A stretch of DNA of 64,000 nt from the human T2T-CHM13v2.0 reference genome, Homo sapiens. Shown piece after piece: positions 42,631 to 56,157 of the stretch. Made by a program: the position numbers and the translations under genes. Positions within the stretch are counted from its first letter, which is position 1. Every line of letters starts with the position of its first letter. Location of the stretch: assembly GCF_009914755.1 (NCBI RefSeq), contig NC_060937.1; one strand, given 5' to 3'. A model generated the notes under the pieces. It had not been told where the DNA came from and did no database searches. It saw only the letters and a list, made by a program, of their open reading frames with translations.

Positions 42631-45600
42631 AGAGTGGTAGTAGTATAGCTGTGGCCACTGTGTTTTTGGGTACAAAGTAATAGGCCATAATGCTCTACCA
42701 AAATTCATCACTCCCTTCTATACACATCTAAGGCCACTCACTCTATACTTAATGAGATATAAAGGCCATTTGTAAACTAATATAAATATTTATTTTCTTT
42801 ATGTGTGTTTTCAAATAGTTATTCCAAAATATCTTTTCTAAATCTATTCTTTATCTTAACTCAGGCTTTTTTTTTTGTAATTTGCCAACACCTTTTTAAA
42901 AACTCATTGCCACCTCACAAAAAAATTAAATTTAGTCTGACTTAAAACACAAACATTGCGCAGAAACATTCAGAAAATGCATGATAAATTAATGAATAAT
43001 TTACAGAGACCTAAGGAAATGTCTGTGCTTCTCATTTTTGAATTAAAACTAATTTGATTTGGAATTTAAACATTCTCATGCTGCAGTTATGGAACAATTT
43101 GAGTATATGATATGATGTCAGCAGACAATAGTGGTATCAGTAACAATCTTAACAACAAGTTCCTTTTTCTATTCATGTGCTATTTCCCACAGTTGAATAT
43201 TTTCAAGTACACATATGTACCTGTACAAGATTTCTGAATTTATGCTATAGCATATAAAATACAGAAACCTAAGTTATTATGTCATCTATCTATGTTTCTG
43301 TCTATCCAAAAATAATCAAACACCGTGCAAAGTAAATTGAGATAATGAAAGAATAATAGAATATAGCCCTGTTATTCAAGATGCTCATAATTTATTTAGA
43401 AAGCAAACGTATTTATCCTTAGGGAAGAATGGAAAATGATGTAACAGGTTATAAAATAATTATTAGAGTTTTAGAATTTCAAATAAAGGATAAAATCTTT
43501 CAAGGAACATCAATAGGTAATCATAGATAATTTTCTTTATTCTATTTCACTCTTTCTTTGTAAATAAATGCAAAATATATATTTATATACATACATATTC
43601 CCCTCCTCACATTACCACATGCCTCTTCTTTTTTGCTGAGTGATTATTTCTACTAACTTGCTTAATACATCTTCAACAGTCCATATTCTTTAACGACTTT
43701 TCAGTGTCTGTTCTTTTAATATGGAACTGTTAGGATCTGGAAGTGGTACAAAGTGAGGAACTGACAGTAGGTAAGTCAACACTGTTTCTGTTGGCAGTCT
43801 TTTTCATTACACAAAAGTATTTTGTCAATACAATATGATACATCAGTAAACTCATTATCTGTTTAAATATATTTAGCATATTGATAAGGCTTTTGGACAA
43901 ACAGCCCTCTCTATTCTACTTTTAGCAGTGATGTTTTATAAAATTATCTGATTAGACAAGTATCAGATTCAGATTAACTTCTATAATGTAAATTTTCTCT
44001 GTTACTAAATTTTTTCAGAAAGATTTGGGAAAAGAAATTTTACCTGTTTCGGGGTCAATTAAAATCATAAAATTGTGGATCAGAGGAAAAGAATCATATA
44101 TTTTCTTTGCATAAAGTTAAAGATACAGCTTCATCTCAATCAGCTGTGAAATTCCATCCATGTTTCTCAAAAAACTGTATGATTCTTACATATACATTTT
44201 AACAAGCAAAAGTTATTAAACAAAAATGAATATAAACTACAAAAATGTATACAAAAGCATGTATGTATTTAGCACTAACTAAGTCAAAAAACAGATTTCG
44301 GTTTAAGAATCTCACTTTCTTCTTTACTGTTATGGGCAAACACTTTAAAATTTTACATGTTTTAGGGTAAGAAATATTTTTTAATATCATACTGTGATTT
44401 ACTGACATTTCAGCCTTGCTCGTATTTTCCAATTTCTTCAACTATAAATTATGTATGATAATTTTCCTCCTGAAAATAACTAGATTTACATGGCAATAAA
44501 TACCTCATTCTGGTCATTGTCAATTTACTATTTTATAATTATGATTATTTTAAGGAATCTGATAATATTTTAATTGGAGTTTGATTATATGAGAAATTTT
44601 TGCACTTGTTAAGGTGAATACATTACAATATTAATTGAAAAGATCACTTTTCTTCCTACCTTCCACCTCAGAAGTAACAGCCTCAAATGATATTTTCTTT
44701 TACCAAAAGTGATCAGAAACAATTAGAAAGTGTTATGTTTTAATAATCGAAAAGACCATTGTATATTTTTTAAAACTTTAAAGATTAAATTCAACTTATT
44801 TTGTATTCACTTTGAATTTATTTTCAAGTCTTCCAAAATTTATATTTACCATACAAGGGGAAATCCTTTTTTTATGCAAGAAACAGAAACAAAATTTAAG
44901 AAAAGGGTTGACAGAGTATAATCAAACATGAAAAAGACTAGGGAATAAGACTATTAGCTTTATAAACAACAATGCAAATGTCTGGCTTGTGATCTTTAGG
45001 AGTTATTAGTAAATAATAATAATAAATAAATAAAGCAAACTGTCAATAGGACAATCTTGTCTTATTTGTGATATATAGCAGAAGTAATGTAAATTCATAC
45101 TTTTGGGCAATGATTTTTACCTCAAAACATTTACATATATCTTAGTCATGAGAAAGTAAAATGTTTCTGAAATTTTATTTTAATATCCTAAAAAATAATA
45201 TAATGGGTGAAACAGAGATTTTAGAGTCTTCACACAACAGTGACTAATTCAAACGGGAAAAAAACAAAACAGCACGAAATGAGCTCAGTCTGAGAAGTGG
45301 GTACACTTTGTTTCTGTTTTCTGAAGACTTAGGCTTATAGGAGAGAAAATTAACTTGATGGGGAGCAACACAAATGCAGTTATCGAGTGACAAAGCTAAG
45401 CTAGTATTATTAAAACCAACATCACAACAATGAAAAACAAGGGCAAGATGTCTGAAATATACAAATTTAAATAAGCAAGATTCAAAGGATATGGAAGTTA
45501 TAATTTATATAATTATGTAAATGATTGATCCTGAAAACAACAGATGCTTGTAGTTTTGTCTTGTTTTAGAACCTGTAGCAATAGAAATTATGATATATCT

Positions 45601-46484
45601 ATTCCATTGTTTAAAATTCAGAGAGAACAGATTTCTAAGAACTCATTGGAGCTTCTGAAATATATTAACCACTAATGTTACAGTGCTTTAAAGAACCTCA
45701 CATAAAATGTAATCATCTGCAAAGAGAAAATGTAATTTATGATTATTAGAATATAAGAATTATGATATGATTAAAAATGGTGATCAACGTGCATGCTCAC
45801 CTATTTCAACAAAGCACAGCATGGTTTCGTAACAGACAGGAAGGTAAAGATGAATTTTATAAGAGATTTAGGTTACATATGAAATTATTTAAAACACAAA
45901 TCACAGTACCTCCAGCCACAGGAGAATCATTTCTGCATGGATTTTTGCAGGTGGTAAATTGGTCTTGTTTATAAATAGATATAAATTAAATAAATCTGAC
46001 ATAAGGCACAATTGAGAGAATGGATAAAGCTGGATCTATTTTACAATACAATCCCTTGAAAAATTAGGTAATTTTGAAAAAATAAATTTAAATTATTTCC
46101 CACAGAGACAAGTTAACTGACTATAGGCAGAAAAAAATGAAACAAAGACGCAAACATTTTTTATTCCTTTTTTAAATTTTATTTTGTATGTTTACTTTAA
46201 GTGAAGTTTGTGACAAGGAGCAACTTATAATGGAAGGCCATGGGAGCGTATGAGCATTTGGTGAGTGCCAGCAGAGTCATGCAATCTCTTCCTCAAATTG
46301 ACTAATATGTGTAGAACCAAGTACCCTTTTCAGTGTTCTAAGCATTCCTTCAATCCTTTGAATATGTCTGTGATAGTAGGAATCTCTGGCTTTTTCTTCA
46401 TCTTGGCCCAATACCACACATGTCCTTGAGGGCATCTTATCTGTACTTTAATACTAATTTTACTAATTTTATATTCCCTATTAA

Positions 46485-47050
46485 TTTTCTCCAGTTGCAA
46501 GCAACAGTAACTGATACTAAGAAAAATATTTATTGATAAAATAAGGGGACTAACAAAGGACTAGCTCAACATCAGTACTCAAGAAGGGAAAAATCAGGAT
46601 AACTCTAATGATCAGCGAGTGCTGAAGTTCCCAAGTGAACGAAATTGGCCAAATAAATATTTTTACTCTCAGTGACATTTAATTTTACACAGTAAAGAAA
46701 AACATATTTGTTTTACAATTTTTAAAAAACTGTATATTTTCAGAATAGACTAAACTGTATATAATTTAAAAATAAATGAAGAAATATCTGGGGCATGTTC
46801 GTACAATTTACTTGTTGCTAAGAGTGCATGAGCTTTCACCCTTGGGTTACAGTCAGAAGATCACTGCCATAAGAAGAATAAACCCGCTGTACCACCTCTG
46901 TCAGTCACTGCACATCTATTCACATTATTAGGAAAGAATCCTTGATTACATTCCCTTATGATGATGAGGAATTGGCATCAAATGGGGATTTCTGCTACCA
47001 GAAAAAAAAAAAAAAAGAAATCTGCTGCGGGAAAAAAAAAAGCTATTAGA
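46485..47050 (-). mobile_element. Fragmented old MLT1-type LTR
   Basis: agttgcaagcaacag at the left end and tgctaccagaa near the right end. Confidence 0.35.
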
Positions 47051-47261
47051 AGAAGATAATTTATACTAAAACAATTTCTTATGTAACAGTTACTATAGAA
47101 CAGTTTACTATCATATGCCAATTAGAGTTATACTGAAATGGATAAATTAGTTCCAATGCTAGTGGAAGAATAATAAAGAAACTCTTTTTAACTGTGGAGT
47201 TAAATATAACTTTATAAGATAAAAATATGCCAATATACATGACTAGTAGATAGACTAGATC

Positions 47262-47500
47262 CATTTTAACTAACATTTATTGGATAAGTTTTACATGCCA
47301 GACATGTTGCTAGGCAAAGGGAACATAATGCTGAATGGGATATATATGTACAATTTATAGTTAGGATATATCCCAACTATAAATATATCCCAACTATAGG
47401 GATATCATATATAACTATATATATGTGTGAGTTTAAGGTCCATTGAGGTAGGTAAACATTCTATGAATAATTATATAAAATGTGATAAATATTCCAAGAA
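47262..47500 (-). mobile_element. L2 3' end
   Basis: aacatttattgga....tacatgccagacatgttgctaggc. Confidence 0.65.
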
Positions 47501-47569
47501 ATCTAAATTAGACTAAATAAATTCGTATGCCAGGTGATTCATTTATCCAGTTTTCAGTTGAACTGAATA

Positions 47570-48850
47570 TAGTGTTGTTTATAATACATTTAAGGGATAA
47601 ATTAATTATAAAAATTAAAAGATAAATGATTTGAGTTAGAAACAAGAAAAAAACAATAAAATTAACACAAACATATCTTAAAAATTAGAAATGAACACAT
47701 CTGCTGAAAACAACTGGGGTAGAAAAAGCAACAATATTTATTTAGTGATACTGAAGAGACAGGATAATAATAAAATTATGAAGAACAGTTAAAAATTTTA
47801 AATGTAAATAGTTTATGAACATTAATATGAATATTTAAATAAATATATGGAATATTTTCACAACAGATTCAAGAAAGAAAATAAGAACAAACCAATAAAG
47901 ATGAAATATACTTGAAATATATATATCCAGAAAGCTTTCTCTAAAAAGGCATTGAGGGCAGCACTTTGTGAATTTTTAATTTTGAAGTTTTTTCAGAGTT
48001 TGGGAAAATATGGAGAGTCTTAGATGATTTAAATCATGACAAATCCAAAGATTTCAAAGTGAAAAAAAATATGAGCAGTCACATTGTAATTATTATGATT
48101 CATGAATGCAACGTAAAATAAAAGCTTTTAGTTGCACTACAATAATAATAGACCAGAGAACTTCCTTTTCACTTGAAATATGAAACAAGAGAATAAAAAT
48201 ATTAACATCACAATAAATCTAAATTAAATAATTTCAAAGACCACGTACAATGTTTGTGAAACAATTTTAAAAATGAAAAATAACCCTAGCCAGTAACGGA
48301 GAAGATGCTTAGGGTAGTGCCTAGAAACTAGAAAGCACTTAAAAACCTTTGCCATCCCATATTGTTGTTATTAGTCATAAAATAGTGCAAACCAATACAA
48401 TGTAGACAATCTAGAGGAGTTACAATTTCAAAATGTTTCAAACTGTAGCATTTGTATATGTGTTTATGTATGCTCGTGTATGTAATAATTATATTATTAC
48501 AAATGGATTATTTTATACTTTAAATATAGTCAACATCCTTCTACATATCTCATCTTTTCACATGGAACATAACCAGTTTCTTTTTAAAATCAGTTTATAT
48601 AGGTAACAGAATCCTGAGAAATCCAGTTGATAAAGCAAAATTGAAAAAACTAGTTATTTCAGCAATAAATATTGCTTTAGAATTTTAAGATGCATAACAC
48701 CAAATTTTCAAGGTAATTTTAGAAACTTATCACTATGATAGCTATTGCACTAAACAGTTGAAACTTCATTAACGGAACATAAAAATTAAAAATACGTAAT
48801 TATAATATATCCAAGTGATAAGACATTTGTTAATAATTGGTAACAACCTA
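47570..48850 (+). mobile_element. Very old L1ME-type ORF2 remnants
   Basis: A-rich strand with aaaattagaaatgaacacatctgctgaaa and aagaaaataagaacaaacc motifs. Confidence 0.4.
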
Positions 48851-50618
48851 GCACATGTATACACATATATACATATATACACACTCATATATATGATTTA
48901 TGTGTATAATTTCAATATGTCTTTATTTTTGATATATTAGTTATCCTTGGAAACTTGTAGAGAGGAACATCGGATCAAGTCTACAAACATCCTACAGCCA
49001 TTGTAATATCACTTCTGTCTTAGCATTATCTATGGCACAAATTAAAATAATTTATCCTCATTCAGGTCTATGTCTTCAAGCTCTGCTCTCCAACATCTCT
49101 ACCTATGGTTTTAAATTCACAAATTCTTAACCTTGTGGCACATCAGTGGTCTCCCTGGCAGGCAGATGGAATTCAGCAAATTGCATACTGGCTCTTAAAG
49201 TCTCACATATTAAGTGTTTTGAAGTGCTTGAAAGAATTAGGCAATTGAATTTGTAATTGTAATCTGAAGTGTCATGATTATTTTATGAAGTTTATAAATA
49301 GTCATAGATGTTTAGAAAAATTTAATCTGTCAAATTTACAAGTTAATTGAGCATAAACCAAAGAACAAGTGAAGACTTAAGTGGTCTTAATTTTATCAAA
49401 AAACGTATTTCTTTTATAAGTACAGTGAGAATTGCAAATTGAATATAAAGTTTAAGGAAATACAAATAGAAACAATATTTTCCTTGCATAATAAGCCTCA
49501 TTGAATTTTTCAAAGGTGTCTATTTGCTTAATTATTTTTGAGCTCCAAGAGGAAACACTTGGAGAAGAATATGAGATAATCTTCATATCCAAGAAATAAT
49601 AGTGCCACAGAGCTACAGATGTCCACAAAACAGCAGTCTTGCTATTGTTCTGTCGTCACACTGAGGTAATATTAATATATGGATATATGTCTCAAAGTAG
49701 ACATGGAGACACTAGTGAAGTTTTCATAGGAACACAGACACAGTATTCTAATTGCATAAATTCAAAAGCAAAAATTAAATTTACCTATCCATTATATATC
49801 TTTATTTTTATCTCACTGTCTTATTTTTCCTGACCTATAACATTTTTCACCACTCTCTAGTAAATTTTCACTACTATGAGTAAAATATAACTTTTGTCTT
49901 TGTCTGAGAAAAATTTCCTTTCAAAATTACAGCCAGTACCTGACTGACAGAACATTGTATAGCTGTTTTTTATTAAACATGGCCCTAGGAGAGACTTATC
50001 CTTCATGTCATTATGCTGCTCAAAACATTTACCTAACCAACAATCTCCCTGTAATAAAGGGAGAGAATTTGGGTTCTGACAAAAATAAAAAGTTTTTTTT
50101 GCATCATGAAAGTTTGTGCGCCTCCATGGAGTGAGGGGCTTCTGAATGTCAGACTTTGAGAGGAAAATTTTGAGGAATATTTGCTTTTGTGTTAACTAAC
50201 AATAAATCTAGAATGTTAAATTCATTCTGTGAAATACACATAAATCAATAACTGCTGTTAGAAACCTACTGAGTTAAACACAGAAGCTGGTGAGCAATTT
50301 GGAGAACACTGAGCAGATTCAGAATAAATACTACTGACAAGGGAGCATGTAAGCAAGACCACCAATGGAAACATTGTTTGCCACCTATAGATATTCTGAG
50401 GCTACTGTTCTATAAAGATTGAATGGCATGAATTCTGAATGATGTACCACTGTGTCAGAAATAGTTAACTGTGGTACAGATTTTTAATGGTAGATTAGGC
50501 AAGTATTGAAAGTTTCATATACCCAAATTACATAAATTTATGTGAAAGTGTTTATGACATTCTAAATGAAAAATAAAGCCCTCATACCTTTATAATGCTA
50601 TTTAATTCATTTACCTTT

Positions 50619-50981
50619 TGATATGGTTTGGTTGTGTCCCCACCCAAATCTCATCTTCAATTTTAGCTCCCATAATCCCCACATGTTGTGGGAGGGACCC
50701 AGTGGGAGGTAATTGAATCATGGGGGCAGGTTTTTCCCATGCTGTTCTCATGATAGTGAATAAGTCTCTTGAGATCTGATGGCTTTACAAAGGGCAGTTC
50801 CCCTGCACACACTCTGTTGCCTGCTGCCATGTAAGATGTGCCTTTGCTCCTCCTTTGTCTTCCACCATGATTGTGAGGCCTCTCCAGCCATGTGGAAATG
50901 TGAGTCCATTAAACTTCTTTCCTTTATAAACTACCCAGTCTTGGACATATGTTTATTAGTGTGTGAGAACAAATTAGTACA
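50619..50981 (+). mobile_element. THE1C-type solo LTR
   Basis: tgatatggtttggttgtgtccccacccaaatctcatc...gagaacaaattagtaca; TSD ccttt/cctgt. Confidence 0.92.
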
Positions 50982-51806
50982 CCTGTATATTTCTCTATTA
51001 TTCAGTATTATTTGTAACTATGTTTACAAATAGTTTATAGTTAATAAGTAGCTTATATATGCATGTGTATGTGCATAATGCAGTAGAATGTATGTATAAC
51101 GCAAGAGATTAAAATGAATAAATGACAAAAACAAGTCAAAAGGAAAATAAGAGAAAGTAAAACACAGAAAATGTAATTTGATAAAAAGCATGCAAATTCT
51201 ATAAACTAATGAGAATGGAATGAGAATGATTTGGTGAAATATTTGTCTTGCACTTAATTTTTATAGTTTGTTCCAGGACAAACTAAAATAAGAAGCAGGC
51301 CTTCATAACATGGAAATGTTATGCAACATTTGCATAAAAACAATTAGAGCAGGTCATATGAATTGATTTTACAAAGAGACAAATAATGTTCTCCAAATAT
51401 TCAGCTCATTGATAGTACAGTTTGATCTAGCGATCGTATTTCCCATGTCAGGAAAAATGAGTAAATTCTACTTCCAACTCCATTTAAAATAACACCACAT
51501 TATGTATCTTAATATTATTAAAAATAAATGAACCAGACTATTGATGGTAGTGCGTTTGAGTATTTAGATGGCTGAATAATGAGTGATCAGTATGATTCAG
51601 GTAATACAAGTATCTATATGAAGTATTTTTTTGTAGCTTTGTGTATGCATTCTAAAACACTTGATTCACTGGCAATATATTTTTAAATGACTTTTTAAAA
51701 TAATTACTGCGTATTTTTATGGAAGTATTTAGTTTAGCTAGTTGTATGTTAGAACTCTCAGTGCATGTGATAATAAAATCACATCATCCATGCGTAAGCA
51801 GATGAG

Positions 51807-52030
51807 GTAGTGTAGAGTGGTGAGTGAAAACACAGCTAGGAGAATTGCACCAGTCCTACCATTAACTAGCATGTGACTTTCTGGAACATAAATTGCTTTC
51901 ATTTTCTTATTTTCTTTTTCTGTAAAATGAGTTTCTTTATCTCTAAAACCCTTATAAAAATCAAAAGTTTATTAAATGATTAAATCATTCAGTATTTGAA
52001 AAGCTATTGGAATAGTATGTAGGATATGGT
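51807..52030 (+). mobile_element. MIR SINE
   Basis: gtagtgtagagtggt...accattaactagcatgtgacttt...tctgtaaaatgag. Confidence 0.6.
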
Positions 52031-52492
52031 AGATAATATGTTAATGTTATTGTCTTAAGTTGGTATTAAAAGAATGAGTCATAGAAGGAGAGGCTGACAA
52101 TAAACCTTTTTTAATCCCAAATTAACTTCATTATCTTTGTGAAATCTAATTGCCAATAACAGGTTAGCATTAAAGAAACACATATGAGAGTATAAAAAGC
52201 AATGCCTCTTAACATATCATATCTTACATCTTTAAGGGCATTTAAAAATAATGCCTATTTTAAGAAATATTTCAAAAAATATTATTGTTACTAATGGTTA
52301 TTTAATAACAGAATAAAATGTTATTAATGGTTATTTGTGGACACAAAGATTAAAAGGTGTCTGGGAGTAGTTTTTTTACTTCCAAACAAATACCTCAAAA
52401 AATATTTTGATTACTTTTTATTTATGTTTTGTGTCGTGTATCTTTTCCAAAATTGCTCATGGTCAAAATTGTAATGTATGCCTTCACACGGG

Positions 52493-52494
<2 letters not shown>

Positions 52495-52530
<36 letters not shown>

Positions 52531-52591
52531 GAGACAGAGGAGGAAGGGGGTGAGAGAGAGAGGGAAGCAGAGAGACTAGAGAGAGAGAGAG
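52495..52591. repeat. (GT)n microsatellite followed by a GA-rich tract
   Basis: About 16 TG units, then interrupted (GA)n. Confidence 0.95.
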
Positions 52592-52790
52592 GTGTCAGAT
52601 CCTGTACCAGATATTATAAAAACAGTGAATAAAGGGAAAAAGTTTCAATCTTCCTGTCTTTCAGTGATTAAAGCCTAATTATGCAGAAATGAGATTCTTT
52701 GCAGCAATTTTCTTTAGCTATCTTTCCATACACACACATTTCTATCATAACCTCAGCAATTTTGTCTGAGTCTACAGTCAGTGCTCCATT

Positions 52791-52844
52791 TCATGAATTT
52801 GTATTTATTTGTTAATCTCATGAATTTGTCTTTATTTGTTAATC
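52791..52844. repeat. 27-bp tandem duplication
   Basis: tcatgaatttgt(a/c)tttatttgttaatc twice, one mismatch. Confidence 0.9.
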
Positions 52845-54559
52845 TCAGGAATTTTTTGCTAGGGGCGTAAGTCAATACTTTTGCATTTAAGTCTAGATAA
52901 TCTGAGCAAGTATTAGAATAAATACTTTAATGTCTAATAATATGTTCAGGTGTTGACCTCATACAAATAGCATTGAATACATAATTTGGCTTTCAATCAT
53001 TGGAACACTATCGGTATGGAATTATTTTCTGAATGAACTTTGCATTTTTTTCTGTCCCTGGAAGCACATCACATAGGTAAACTAAATAATGTATATCTCT
53101 ATTAAGCTCACAAATAAAATTATTAAGTGAGATGCTCAATGTCTTACCAGCAAGTTGTAGTAAAAAAGAGAATGCAGGTATTGTGAGGTGTAGTTCAATG
53201 CTGAAAGTCACTTTGGCATGATGGCTGGTTCTGTGAAAGTAAGAGGAACAGTTATTTTCTCATTCATATTTTCAGGGGCTTTGAGTAAAAGTGAACTAGA
53301 AAAAATACATATGGTTTATAACTGTGAATTTTTTGACAAAAATTCTTTTATAGGCAACATTTCATTTATATAAATCATTTCCTGTCCAATACTTGTAGTC
53401 AGTCTGAAAAACTAGGATAAGGAAAAACTGATTTATTATTTAAGGAAAAAAATCATTCCAAGATTTTTCTATGTTTTGCAATGAAACATTATTATGGTTA
53501 AATTCATCACCAAAAGATTATAAGTGTACTGTTTCCTAAAAAGCATATTTTTTAATTTTAAATGCATTGGATCACATCAAGAAAAGTTAGAGCTCGTTGA
53601 AAGATTTACTTAATAACTTGTATAAGAGTTGCCAGCCATTCTACAGCCACACTCTATGAATGTGTCAGCCACACAGCTGTTAGAATCTTCAGTTGTTCTG
53701 ACAGCAGGCAAAACCTTTGTTAAAAGAAGACCAACACAGAATAAAACCTACTTTTGGAAAATAATCATTTATATCCCTTAATTTTACTTTATTGAATACA
53801 GGACAATAGGAAGGATGATGTATTCTAAAATATTTACTGGAAAGTATCAGAGAGTATGTTAATTTTTCCCACTTCTGATAGTAGTAACACGTATTTAATG
53901 TTGGCTATTACCATTGTATTGAATGAAAGACAATAGAAACTCTAGGCTTTCATTTATTTATAATGCAGTGCCATTTTCAGTCTCCTCCAATGTATCTCAG
54001 TACCCTTTATTTTACATTTGGGTATAGAGATGAATAATATTTTCTATGCTCCTATTCCAGCTATTTATTTACAATGAAAAATTGCACAGAACTCTGTCTG
54101 ATAGAAAAAAATCAAAAGCTACTTCTCACTATTGCTTGTGGTGATTTTAAATAAAAACATTTTTTCCTTATACTTCAACATTGTTCTTCATGAAACTAAA
54201 AATCTACAAACCGTTTGAACAGGAAATTATGACTTTTAGATTATAAGTCTTCGGATAATATTACATTTCCTTTTAAACTATATTATGTACATTTCAAAAT
54301 ACCATCAATTTAAATATATGTGCTACTCTTTATCTTGTTTTAATTTATTATTTTACCTTATCCATTATATAAGATATGGCCTCTGATTTTTTATGTAAGA
54401 TTTTCTATTGAAATGAGAATCTTTACAATTTTGTGTGGATCACAGTTGTAATCATTTTTTCACATATAAAATGTCTTTAATATCAATGGAACTAATCCCA
54501 AACTAAATTAAATCTTTTTTCTTTCTTTAAATAAATTATTATTAAGCTTCTACTTTGCT

Positions 54560-54958
54560 TCTCCATCCCCTTTTGCTAAACCATTAAATTATCTGCCCCA
54601 ATGGCCGGTGTGCATGTTTTTTTCTCAAAATGTGTTTGCAGATTTAGTTACTGGAGTGATCATGTTAAAATTAAAATAAGGTTTACACCCCTTTAAAAAA
54701 TATTTCAGTAATGCTCCATTGCACCTTTATAAAATTTAAAATCCTCAAAATTATATGATCTTTCGGATAAAGTCTTGGGCCACACTTCTTCCTATACATA
54801 GCTTTGCTCCAGAAATAATAAAATACTTGCAGCTTCCAACAAACAACCTACAGTATCTTCTAGAGAATCTGATCTCCCTTCTGTCCTCAGTAACTTTCCA
54901 TACTACTTCACCACAGGGTTTCCATGTCTAGCAGACATTACTTCCTCAGGAAACTCTA
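54560..54958 (+). mobile_element. L2 fragment
   Basis: gagtgatc.tgttaaaat...ctccattgcacctt.ataaaatttaaaatcctc...cattacttcctcaggaaac. Confidence 0.55.
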
Positions 54959-55493
54959 TGTGTCAGTTACCTATTGCTGTATAAGGAACCATCCTCAAAT
55001 TTACTAGATTAAAACAGCAGTATTTTCAATTGTTCGCACACGAGTGGGCTGGCAATTTGAGCTAGGGTCAGCAGAAAAGTACTTTTGCTGTCTTCTCTGT
55101 AATCACTTGTGAGGCTGCATTCATCTGGTGCCTTGAAACTTGAACTTAATGATTCAAGACTGGCACTCACATGCCTGGAAGTGTCACTTGCTGCTGGCTT
55201 GAGAGTCTACAGATCTTATATCCTCCAGTAGGCTGGATTGCACTAGATTGTGCTCCTTTAAATGGCCACATTAGGACTGTGTTTCAAAAGAGCACAGTGG
55301 AAAACCACAAAGCTTCTTGAGACTTAGGCTTTGGATGGTCAAAATCTCACTTCCTCCATGCTCTATTGACCTAGACAAGTCACAAGACACGTTCAGAATT
55401 CGAGGGTTGAGGAAATAGTCTCTACCATTGATGAGAAGAGCAGGCAAATCACATTGCAAAGGAGAATGCAAAGGAGCTTTGCGAACAACCCAC
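54959..55493 (-). mobile_element. MLT1G/H-type LTR
   Basis: tgtgtcagttacctattgctg...tctattg...caagtcacaag...aaatcacattgcaaagg. Confidence 0.8.
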
Positions 55494-55636
55494 CAACTGT
55501 TTTTAAACTTCTTTTATTGTTTTAAATTTACCTTAACTTTTTACACATTTTTGTAGTAATTTTTATAGTACATTTTTTCTCTATTTTGGGGATTTTGATG
55601 ACAAAGTTCTATGGGAAAATATATTTATGTATTATA

Positions 55637-55637
<1 letters not shown>

Positions 55638-55672
<35 letters not shown>

Positions 55673-55680
55673 CACACACA
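55638..55680. repeat. (CA)n microsatellite
   Basis: About 16 CA units with an interrupted end. Confidence 0.95.
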
Positions 55681-55954
55681 TTTTTTACACCATTCAGAGA
55701 GAGAACATTTATTTTAGGTACACAACATTGATACCAACCTGTGGCAGCAGTGTCTTTGTCTACTCAGCACATGAATATAAAAGTAGATGTCTTGATAAAT
55801 AAATGTATTTTTAATAAATATATACAGTATGACTTTGCAGTGTACCATTTACTCTTCCCTGTGTTTAATTAATATAATGAATTCCTAATGAAACTTGGCT
55901 TCAGCAGATTAGGAGCAACACCCACATTCAACCCTGATTTTAAAAACAATGTTA

Positions 55955-56157
55955 TCTTTCTTTTCTTCTTTTCTCCTTCCTACCTTCCTTTCTTCCCTCT
56001 CTGTCTCCATCCCTCTTCCTTTCTTCTTTCCTCCTTCCCTCTCTTTCCTTCCTTCCTTCCTTCCTTTTTTCCTCCTTCCTTCCTTCCTTTTTTCCTCCTT
56101 CCTTCCTTCCTTTTTTTTGGTCCTGCTTTCCTTCTCCCCTTCTTTTTTTTTTTTTTT
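55955..56157. repeat. CT-rich (TTCC)n-like polypyrimidine tract
   Basis: About 200 bp almost free of purines. Confidence 0.9.
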
